A stretch of DNA of 40,771 bases from a virus (taxonomy: Duplodnaviria > Caudoviricetes): positions 1 to 40,771 of IMG/VR virus record IMGVR_UViG_3300037424_003028; one strand, given 5' to 3'. This document shows positions 1 through 7,336 of this stretch, piece by piece (position 1 is the stretch's first letter; each line of letters begins with the position of its first letter). The position numbers and the translations under genes are program-made. A model generated the notes under the pieces. The model was not told the DNA's origin. It did no database searches and saw nothing but the letters and a program-made list of their open reading frames with translations.

Positions 1-1314
1 CTAACCAATCGCCGCCGCGATCGCCACGGCCTTACCCTGGTCGCGCTCGGCATAGACCGCATCGGTTACGCGAGCCGAGCAGTGTCCCAGTAGGATCTGT
101 GCCGCCTCCAATCCGTAGTGCTTGCGCACGTTGGTCGCGTAGTTGTGCCGCAACTGGTAGGGGTTCCATCGGTGCGTTCGCCGCCACGCGATCACCGCGG
201 CCCAATCCTCCCGGCTGACTCGAGCGCGCCATTCCTCCGGGGTCTCATCACCCCGGCGTACCAGCTCCACCAGCTCGTCAGGCAACGGCCACGCCTTGTC
301 GCAGGCCCGCCAGATGGCCTGTCGGTAGCTGTCGCGTGTGTACCTGTCGCCCGGCTGATTGAGCGGATCGTCCGAGCGGTTGGACCCCGGCTTGTTGCCA
401 CAACTCAGCGGGGTTTTTCGAGCGGCGTGCTTGTGCTCTCTGCGTTTTTGCTCGGATTCGGACGGCGAAAAACAATACGCCTCGGCTGGACGCAGCAGGT
501 AGGGGGCCAAGATGGCTTGAGCCTGCGGCCCCACGTACAACGTCCGCGCCTTGCCCTTGCCGGCGGTTTTATGTTTTTCGACCACGATCCGCCAGACCGC
601 CTCGGTGCGGTCCACCGCCGACGGCCGCAGCTCCAGCAACTCGCTGGGGCGGGCACCGGTGGTAAGTTGCAGTTGGATGACCGCCCAAACCTGCTCGCTC
701 ACAAACGGCTTGACCGCATCGACGGCGGCTTGATCTACCGGCATGACCTTACGCCGATGGATGCCCTTGACTGGCTTGATCGTCAGCAGGGCTTGGTGGA
801 CGGCCGGCTGCAAGGCTTCCTCGGCCACCGCCCAGCGAAACATGTCCAGGATCAGGGCCACCCGCTCGTTGACCGTGCGCGGCGACCACGCCTTGCGATC
901 CGCCGATCCCATCAGCATCGCCGACTGCAGCAACCGCAGCGACCGGGGTCCGAAGTCGGCGGCCGGCGTCTCGCCGTAGTGGTCGCGGAGTACCCGCAGC
1001 GCATGGCAGGCACAGTCCAGACGGCGTCTCGCAGCGCTTCGCTGGACCTCGTCCAGGTAGGCGGCGGCAATCTGGGAGATGGTGGGGCCGCCCAGGCAGC
1101 GACGGATGCTCACTTGATCCGGCAACCGGCGGCCACGGGCTTCCCAGTCAGCCAACAGCCGGGCGTAGTATTGCCGACTCTCTGGGCTGCCGTAAGAGCC
1201 GAGGTAAATGTCGCGGCGGGCCTTGGATTCGCAGTCGGAAAGGGTAACGACGGCAACCTCCTTGCCGCGGCAGATTTTGCGACGATAAACCGGCGGGTTT
1301 TTGGCGTTGGACAT
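1..1314 (-). CDS. int: Tyrosine recombinase / phage integrase
   Basis: TGARPSEL (R), KHKT (K), YQLRH, LGH, VYAE catalytic motifs; ATG at 1314 preceded by AAAGGAGG (1323-1330), so preferred over the 1380 start. Confidence 0.95.
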   Translation of the reverse strand: MSNAKNPPVYRRKICRGKEVAVVTLSDCESKARRDIYLGSYGSPESRQYYARLLADWEARGRRLPDQVSIRRCLGGPTISQIAAAYLDEVQRSAARRRLDCACHALRVLRDHYGETPAADFGPRSLRLLQSAMLMGSADRKAWSPRTVNERVALILDMFRWAVAEEALQPAVHQALLTIKPVKGIHRRKVMPVDQAAVDAVKPFVSEQVWAVIQLQLTTGARPSELLELRPSAVDRTEAVWRIVVEKHKTAGKGKARTLYVGPQAQAILAPYLLRPAEAYCFSPSESEQKRREHKHAARKTPLSCGNKPGSNRSDDPLNQPGDRYTRDSYRQAIWRACDKAWPLPDELVELVRRGDETPEEWRARVSREDWAAVIAWRRTHRWNPYQLRHNYATNVRKHYGLEAAQILLGHCSARVTDAVYAERDQGKAVAIAAAIG

Positions 1315-1426
1315 AGATAGGTCCTCCTTTGCGGTACAACATCCGCGCTGTGCGGCTAAAAAACCTGGGCTTTCCGACACCTTTACTTAATTCTAAACGC
1401 CTCTCAACGCTCACTTTATGGATCAC

Positions 1427-1467
1427 TGGGCGATACAGGACTCGAACCTGCGACCTTCTCGGTGTAA
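1427..1467 (-). other. att core: 3' half of tRNA-Val(TAC)
   Basis: Minus strand TTACACCGAGAAGGTCGCAGGTTCGAGTCCTGTATCGCCCA = anticodon loop, T-arm (GTTCGA) and acceptor 3' strand; the 5' anticodon stem and D-arm are absent. Confidence 0.85.
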
Positions 1468-1527
1468 GGCACTCGCCTTATCGGCAAACCCTGTTTTTAG
1501 CCTCAAAAACGACACCCTAGCTCCGCA

Positions 1528-1555
1528 AATATAGCACTTTCTGTGCCTGTGTCAA
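1528..1555 (-). promoter_or_regulatory. Sigma70-type promoter facing the att core and integrase
   Basis: TTGACA (1555-1550), 16 bp spacer ending TGC, TATATT (1533-1528): extended -10. Confidence 0.65.
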
Positions 1556-1747
1556 TAGGATGCGCGGTGCGTACCGCGCAAGACTGTTTTACTGATTGCA
1601 AAAAACGACACACCCTAAAACGCGAATAGAAGCCCGCTGCTGCGTCGCGGGTGCCTCTACCGACTTCCCATGCGTTTGCAGGGCTTTGACCACGGCAGAC
1701 GCGGGCTGTACGCAACGGCGGACTAATTGCGAAGCCGTCGCCCTCGA

Positions 1748-1786
1748 ATAAAACAACCCCCGCCGATCATCCGTTATCGGCGGGGG
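1748..1786 (-). terminator. Rho-independent terminator closing the late operon
   Basis: CCCCCGCCGAT...ATCGGCGGGGG stem followed on the minus strand by TTGTTTTAT. Confidence 0.75.
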
Positions 1787-1827
1787 CTATGTGGGGCGCG
1801 CCAATCTACTCAATATACTCGATGCAG

Positions 1828-2451
1828 TTAAGGAGGCTGCGAATATCGCGGCGGGATTCGGAGTACTGGAGCGATGCCGCCGTTGCGGCGGATATTTTTC
1901 ACGCGGCGGCGCTTCTTTCGCCACCTGCTCACCCAGCCCCATACCGACCACTTCAGCGGCGGATTAACAAACAGGGCGACTACCGCCACCAGCGGCCACG
2001 GGCTGTTCTGGGAGATCCTGGTTTTGACGTCTCGGCCGGCGGCGACATCTTTCAGTTCAGTGGCCAGCTTTTGCTGATCTGACTTTAGGGCGGCGACCTC
2101 GGCCTGCATCGTCTCGGCCTGCACGCCGCCGGCCGCCTTGATCGTGGCGTTGGCTTCCAGGCGAGCTTCGATGCTGGCCCGGAGTTCAGCTCGTAGACTA
2201 GCGACGGCCTTGACCAACTCGCGGTCAAACTGTGCTCGAAGATCGGCGAGCAGGTTTACCAGACCAGCCGCCGATTGGCCGCTTGCGTTTGTCGGCTCAG
2301 AATCGGCGGACGGTTGACTGCCCGGCGGTCGCACCCCCTGATTCGCAATGGTCAGCCCGGTTTGACTGGCACACCCGACCTGCAGGCAGGTAGTGACCAC
2401 GCCGAGCACAATCGCCACCACGCACATTATCAGGATTGCCGCCCGTCGCAT
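1828..2451 (-). CDS. Membrane protein/lipoprotein with coiled coil and C-terminal hydrophobic segment (possible spanin)
   Basis: Hydrophobic N-terminus ending LQVGC, Ala-rich helical middle, C-terminal WPLVAVVALFV followed by RKKRRR; last gene of the late operon. Confidence 0.55.
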   Translation of the reverse strand: MRRAAILIMCVVAIVLGVVTTCLQVGCASQTGLTIANQGVRPPGSQPSADSEPTNASGQSAAGLVNLLADLRAQFDRELVKAVASLRAELRASIEARLEANATIKAAGGVQAETMQAEVAALKSDQQKLATELKDVAAGRDVKTRISQNSPWPLVAVVALFVNPPLKWSVWGWVSRWRKKRRRVKNIRRNGGIAPVLRIPPRYSQPP

Positions 2452-2576
2452 GGTTTATCCTCTCGATACCATTCCATCAGAAACGCCGTCCCGAAGGTGG
2501 CGACGAATATCCCGCCACCGGTTTTCCATCCGACCGCCGCCCACGCCGCCGATCCGGTCGTCGCCGCCACGATCAA
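2430..2576 (-). CDS. Small membrane protein missed by the ORF track (48 aa from TTG)
   Basis: Open frame LIVAATTGSAAWAAVGWKTGGGIFVATFGTAFLMEWYREDKPCDGRQS fills the gap between two genes; hydrophobic, GC-rich third positions. Confidence 0.5.
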   Translation of the reverse strand: MIVAATTGSAAWAAVGWKTGGGIFVATFGTAFLMEWYREDKPCDGRQS

Positions 2577-2612
2577 CTTGCCCTTGTGGCTGGCGAACCA
2601 ACCCAGGATGGT

Positions 2613-3071
2613 CTACTGAGCCTCCTGGGTTGCGGGCTTGGGCTTAATGGCCGCGTCTGCCTGCTTCTTTGCCCACCAGTTCGCAATACCCTGAGCCGCC
2701 AAGCTTTTTCGTTGCTCAGCACCGATGTCCGCTCGACTCATAGTGTCGTAAACCATTTTTCTCAGTTCAGGATCGGCACCAGGTTTGCCCGAGCCGCCGC
2801 CCATCATTCGCACGTCGCCATCGACACCAATCACGCCAACCTCGCCCTCGGCCAGAAATCCGGTGCCCACAAATCCCTTGAAATAGTATTTGGGGTTGTG
2901 GACCGATCCGCCCGCCGACATGTTGCCCTGGTCAATGTCGATTTTGTCTGCGAGGGTCAGCATCACGCTCTTGGACTCCTCGCGCATGGTCCGCATCTGC
3001 TTCTGGGCTTCACAGCCGACGCTGCAGATAAATATGAAACACACCCCTACCAACAAAATCCTTTTATTCAT
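2613..3071 (-). CDS. Predicted lipoprotein, unknown function
   Basis: MNKRILLVGVCFIFICSVGC signal with lipobox-like SVGC; GGAG RBS. Confidence 0.7.
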   Translation of the reverse strand: MNKRILLVGVCFIFICSVGCEAQKQMRTMREESKSVMLTLADKIDIDQGNMSAGGSVHNPKYYFKGFVGTGFLAEGEVGVIGVDGDVRMMGGGSGKPGADPELRKMVYDTMSRADIGAEQRKSLAAQGIANWWAKKQADAAIKPKPATQEAQ

Positions 3072-3083
3072 AACAACACTCCG

Positions 3084-3281
3084 TTAATCGTAGTCCCTGG
3101 TCAGTTCGCGCCGCTGTTCGCAGACGGCATCGACTAGTTTCAATTCACTGTGCAGCCCGGCGACGCACTGTATAATGTCGTCGCGTATCTTCAACACCAC
3201 GGGGTCCACCGGCAGAGCCTCGGCGGGTAGGTCCACTGCCAATAAAATGCGACCGTCTGGGCTGGTATGTGATATTCTCAT
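3084..3281 (-). CDS. Hypothetical protein
   Basis: 65 aa ORF abutting the upstream gene in the operon. Confidence 0.6.
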   Translation of the reverse strand: MRISHTSPDGRILLAVDLPAEALPVDPVVLKIRDDIIQCVAGLHSELKLVDAVCEQRRELTRDYD

Positions 3282-3572
3282 TCAATCCTCGTAATCTACG
3301 TTTGGCGGCGGATCCATGAACGCGCAGACATCCTCATTGAAACATGGCCGCGACTTTAACAACCGCATCTGCTGCCGCTGGGCGGCCTCTATGTGTTCGA
3401 GCCGGCTCATAATCGCGTCGCGGTCGCCGCGGATTCGCCAGGCCAACACCACCGATCCGACGACGCCGGCGATGAATAGCCCCAGGGCCACGGTGGTATT
3501 CTCGCCGTGGATCTCAGTTGCCCCGGCGATGACGCCGACCATGACCGGATAGAACGCTGCTGTGCGGAACAT
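3282..3572 (-). CDS. Holin-like small membrane protein
   Basis: Hydrophobic segment VALGLFIAGVVGSVVLAW followed by a charged coiled tail; lies just after the tail genes; GAGG RBS. Confidence 0.5.
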   Translation of the reverse strand: MFRTAAFYPVMVGVIAGATEIHGENTTVALGLFIAGVVGSVVLAWRIRGDRDAIMSRLEHIEAAQRQQMRLLKSRPCFNEDVCAFMDPPPNVDYED

Positions 3573-3595
3573 TGTTTACCTCGCAAATTCTCAAA

Positions 3596-5017
3596 TCACG
3601 CATTTCTCTGCCACGTTTTCGATGGTGCACCGCCAACGAGAATAGTTCCGTCGCTACAACAGCATACGTCGCTTATTACTCCCGTCTCGGTTATGCCATC
3701 GCTCAGATTCCACGTCCAATCTGTGGTCCACTCTCCACCCGCGAAAACCTTTCGTACCAGTTGGCGTCCAACGATCAGGTAAACGCGGCCCTCGGAATCG
3801 CAGTCCATGCCGCGGCCGACGCCGGTATAGGCAGACTCGGCAATGGGATGCGATTCGCCGGGGGAACAGTCAGGAGATACGATCGTCAGACCACTGCCGG
3901 AAGGATAAGCACCCCACACAACCAGGTCGCCTGATGGGAGACGGGCAGCTTTGCGATGATTATACAAATCATTCCATGCCTCATAAAACGTGTTGTACGG
4001 ACCGCCCCCCGTGTTTGCCCACTTAGTCATCTGATAGTAGTTGTCCACGCCATTAATGATTACGCCGTCGGAATTCCAAGCGAGCAATCCGTGCCAGTTC
4101 AAGTCGGTGGTATTCCACCAATTGTCCGGAAAGTAATATACGTAGTGCGCCTGCCCACTAACTCCAGCAACAAACCCGTCGCCGGCAACGACGGCAAACC
4201 CCACACCAATCGACTGACCCATAGTGGCAAAGCTGAGGCGGCGGGAAAAAGGTGGCGTTAATAGTTGCGTCACCCCTTGGGGGGGATTGGCAACCGACAT
4301 ATCTAAGAGGGCGACGGTTGCGTAGCCCCACGCAGATATCTCGTTGGCGGACGAAAGACTGCCGCGGACAAGCACCTTTCCATTCGGCAGTATGCCTGCA
4401 ATCATGGGCGAAAGTAGGGCGCTGACCTCATAGTACAACCATCCGCCGCCCCCATAATACATCCGCTTTCCAAGATTCCTTTTGTAAACAACCTCGCCGG
4501 TTACGGCATTCAATAACGTCATGGTCGGGAACGATGCGGCCGGGTTGTAAAAGCCTGAATACACGGCGCCCTCGGACGATACAATCCCCTGGGGAGTTTC
4601 GATTGCTGAAATTCCGCCGGCGGACGATGTCCACAACAAGCCACCGCTGGAGTTCACTAAACGAGTTCCCATAATCGTCAGAACTGAATTTCCATTGTTG
4701 CACGGCGAGACGTGGTTGCAGCCAAACTCGCAGGAATATGCCCACTCCACTCCGGTGCCCGGCCGAATTTTCCACGCGCACGCCGGGTAAACCCGTGGAG
4801 TTAGACCAACCTGCAGATCATCGGCGGTGCGTGCGATCACTCCAATCTGCTCTGCCGCATTAAGAGTAAAGAGTCCCGCCGCGACAATCTGCCCATCGGC
4901 CGTGCGACCCTTGACGCAGTATCCGCCCGATGCCATCGACACCAATGGTCCCATCGCGGTCCGACTGCCGTCGGCCGTGCGTACCGCCAAACAATAATCC
5001 CCGTTCTGTAATGTCAT
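3596..5017 (-). CDS. Putative tail tip / receptor-binding protein (beta-rich)
   Basis: 473 aa, Gly/aromatic-rich; three RTAD repeats at the N-terminus; ATGA overlap with the upstream gene; end of the tail module. Confidence 0.55.
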   Translation of the reverse strand: MTLQNGDYCLAVRTADGSRTAMGPLVSMASGGYCVKGRTADGQIVAAGLFTLNAAEQIGVIARTADDLQVGLTPRVYPACAWKIRPGTGVEWAYSCEFGCNHVSPCNNGNSVLTIMGTRLVNSSGGLLWTSSAGGISAIETPQGIVSSEGAVYSGFYNPAASFPTMTLLNAVTGEVVYKRNLGKRMYYGGGGWLYYEVSALLSPMIAGILPNGKVLVRGSLSSANEISAWGYATVALLDMSVANPPQGVTQLLTPPFSRRLSFATMGQSIGVGFAVVAGDGFVAGVSGQAHYVYYFPDNWWNTTDLNWHGLLAWNSDGVIINGVDNYYQMTKWANTGGGPYNTFYEAWNDLYNHRKAARLPSGDLVVWGAYPSGSGLTIVSPDCSPGESHPIAESAYTGVGRGMDCDSEGRVYLIVGRQLVRKVFAGGEWTTDWTWNLSDGITETGVISDVCCCSDGTILVGGAPSKTWQRNA

Positions 5018-5241
5018 GGCAGAACCGCTAACGTAATTGCATCACCCTCGACCGAGCCGTCCGCATTTACCGCCTTGATGCTGATTGTTCCATTGACCGG
5101 GTCGGCGATGGCCTTGAAAACCTCGCCGACATCACCGCCCATCGACACCGCTCGCGGCTGGGCCACCTGGCGGGCCGTCTCGGCGTGACGGCGGGTCGCT
5201 TCCCGAGATTTATCTAGCAGGCTGTCGCTATTCATCATCAC
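5014..5241 (-). CDS. Hypothetical virion-associated protein
   Basis: 75 aa ORF overlapping both neighbours in the tail operon. Confidence 0.65.
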   Translation of the reverse strand: MMMNSDSLLDKSREATRRHAETARQVAQPRAVSMGGDVGEVFKAIADPVNGTISIKAVNADGSVEGDAITLAVLP

Positions 5242-7336
5242 CCTCGCTCACTTGCGGCGCCTCGATGGCCGCCGGTCCCTGGGCGTCCGCCGTGCCGCTT
5301 ACCGTGACGGTGTTAAGCTCTGAGTCACCGTCCGGCGAAACCGCCCGGACGCCAAACTGTACCACGGTGTCATGGGCGAACGCGGCGGAAAGGTAAATCA
5401 GCCCGTGCATCTGCGCAACCGGCGTGTCCCAATCCATCGTGCCCGTCCCGGCGTCGCTGAACACGTTAAACCGCGTCGCCCGCACCGCCTGCCCCGCTGT
5501 TGGATATTTCCAGCTCACCAGCAACTTGCCGCCGACTCGCGGACTGACCCGTAGGCTGGTCGGGGCATTGGGCACCGGGGCCAACGGCAAGCCGTTCGCA
5601 TCCGTGGTAATTGTGTAGGCCAAAGTGGTGTTCTGTTCCTCGACCCCGCCGGGGCTTGTCGCCCGAAGCCCGTACACGTATGTAGTGTTCGCCGCCAGCG
5701 GGCCGGGATCTGAAATAATGCCGACGCCGGGAAGTACATTGGAAACCGGATTATCATAATCGACCGTTCCAACGCCGCGATAGAGGGTATAGCACGTGTT
5801 TGCCCAAGTCGTCGCGGACGCCGCCGCACCTAGCGACGTTTCCTGAATATAGGTGCCGTCGTATCGTGCCTTGGTTTTGAGCGAGTACTCGATTTCGGGG
5901 GCGAGGCCGGTAACCGCAAGCGTCCCCCATGCCGCCGCTGTCTGCCAAATTTCGCCGGAGTCTGAGACCGATCCATCGGCCTGTACCCAATGCGTGCCTT
6001 CGGTGTAGCCGCCGCCGTCAATCGTTATCGCGTACTGCGTGTCGGAGTTATCGTCGTTATAGCCCTCGTCAATCGTGACGCTCAACGACGTCGCTGTGGG
6101 CAGGGTCAGGACCGGAGCCGCCGGAACATGGCAGCGGTAGACGAATACATTGTCCCATACTGCCCCGTAGGCGTAGGCGCCCGTAGCAGACTCGACATCA
6201 AGAAACAAGAACGTGCTCGCCCCCGCGCCCGCATTGCACCCAACGGGTCCGAGATTAGTCCACTGGTTTGGGGTGTAGCTGCTGAGGGTTTGGAGCCAAG
6301 CAGCAGGTCGAGTGATAGATGTACTAACACCAACTTGTGGATAGCTGTTCTGGTCCGTTCGAGGATAAACACGGGCGAGAATAGTAAGAGCATCACCTTC
6401 GTTGGTGGCTACTTCCTGACATACATGCGCCCAATCGCCCATGTTGTAATGCGGCTTAACCCCCTGCGCAAGCAATCCGCCGTCTTTTATTGTGGTATAG
6501 CGAGTAAACGCGCCATTACCGTCGTTATCGGCGTCAGTCCAGCCAGTTGCGACCGTTTCCCCTACTGGAAAGTCCTCAAAATCTCCATTCAACAAGTTCG
6601 CCGCCGGCATTAGCAACAGCGGCGTAGTGTGCAACTGGATCATCTGGGCCGATGATAATTTGCATGCCCACACGCCCGCCATTGCCAGGAGGACGCCAGC
6701 CGATTCCCCGTTGACTAATCCCAAGGCCCATCCATCGGGATCGCTGGCGATGTCGCCTGCGTGGAACCAGTCAAGGTCTATCGCCGCGCCGTCGAAAACG
6801 AATATGTCCTCGGCAAAATCGGCCGAGTGACTGTAGCCTAGACAGTGCCACTCATTGTCATTCCACCCCACGGGCGGCGTGATTCTGGAGTTCAGGTAAT
6901 TATACAAATACCCGTCGGCAGGAGCGGGCGCGGCAATAACAAGCCCGCAGCCTTCGGATTCAGGAGTGGCGGATGGGTTGCCGATTAAATAGTGACTAGC
7001 TCCCGTCGACGGATTGCCAACCCGCCTAAACCAAATCACTATCGAGTAGGCATCCGCCTTTCCCGTCTCAACGGCATCTAATGCCGACTCATAGAAGATG
7101 CCATCATCGTCGCCCGTATCCGCGACGGTGGTTAATACCATGTTGCCGTCGCCATCGTCTACCCACTTGGTCGCGGCGGACGCAGTAATCATGTCCGCCG
7201 CGTCGTCGGCAACCTTACGCTGATCGCGTGCCCGCGTACCGCTGCCGTCGTTGCACGGCCAATACGCGACCGGCTCCGGGAAGTCTCGGTACGGCCGGTA
7301 CGGCGTGCCCAGTGGTGGTAATTCAAACGCCGCCAT
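5228..7336 (-). CDS. Multidomain virion protein: LamG/concanavalin-like, CBM-like and FN3-like domains
   Basis: PVAYWPCNDGSGT and WNDNEWH (LamG-like); NLLNGDFE (CBM4/9-like); VTGLAPEIEYSL and PNAPTSLRV (FN3-like). Confidence 0.7.
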   Translation of the reverse strand: MAAFELPPLGTPYRPYRDFPEPVAYWPCNDGSGTRARDQRKVADDAADMITASAATKWVDDGDGNMVLTTVADTGDDDGIFYESALDAVETGKADAYSIVIWFRRVGNPSTGASHYLIGNPSATPESEGCGLVIAAPAPADGYLYNYLNSRITPPVGWNDNEWHCLGYSHSADFAEDIFVFDGAAIDLDWFHAGDIASDPDGWALGLVNGESAGVLLAMAGVWACKLSSAQMIQLHTTPLLLMPAANLLNGDFEDFPVGETVATGWTDADNDGNGAFTRYTTIKDGGLLAQGVKPHYNMGDWAHVCQEVATNEGDALTILARVYPRTDQNSYPQVGVSTSITRPAAWLQTLSSYTPNQWTNLGPVGCNAGAGASTFLFLDVESATGAYAYGAVWDNVFVYRCHVPAAPVLTLPTATSLSVTIDEGYNDDNSDTQYAITIDGGGYTEGTHWVQADGSVSDSGEIWQTAAAWGTLAVTGLAPEIEYSLKTKARYDGTYIQETSLGAAASATTWANTCYTLYRGVGTVDYDNPVSNVLPGVGIISDPGPLAANTTYVYGLRATSPGGVEEQNTTLAYTITTDANGLPLAPVPNAPTSLRVSPRVGGKLLVSWKYPTAGQAVRATRFNVFSDAGTGTMDWDTPVAQMHGLIYLSAAFAHDTVVQFGVRAVSPDGDSELNTVTVSGTADAQGPAAIEAPQVSEGDDE

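Noticed and set aside
118-1320. Long plus-strand ORFs (e.g. 118-1320, 7607-8626, 14796-15674, 21548-22444)
   Set aside because: Antisense shadows of GC-rich genes with clear motifs on the minus strand
1427-1500. Complete tRNA-Val gene
   Set aside because: Upstream of the anticodon loop the sequence cannot pair with CGAGA, and there is no D-arm or 5' acceptor strand
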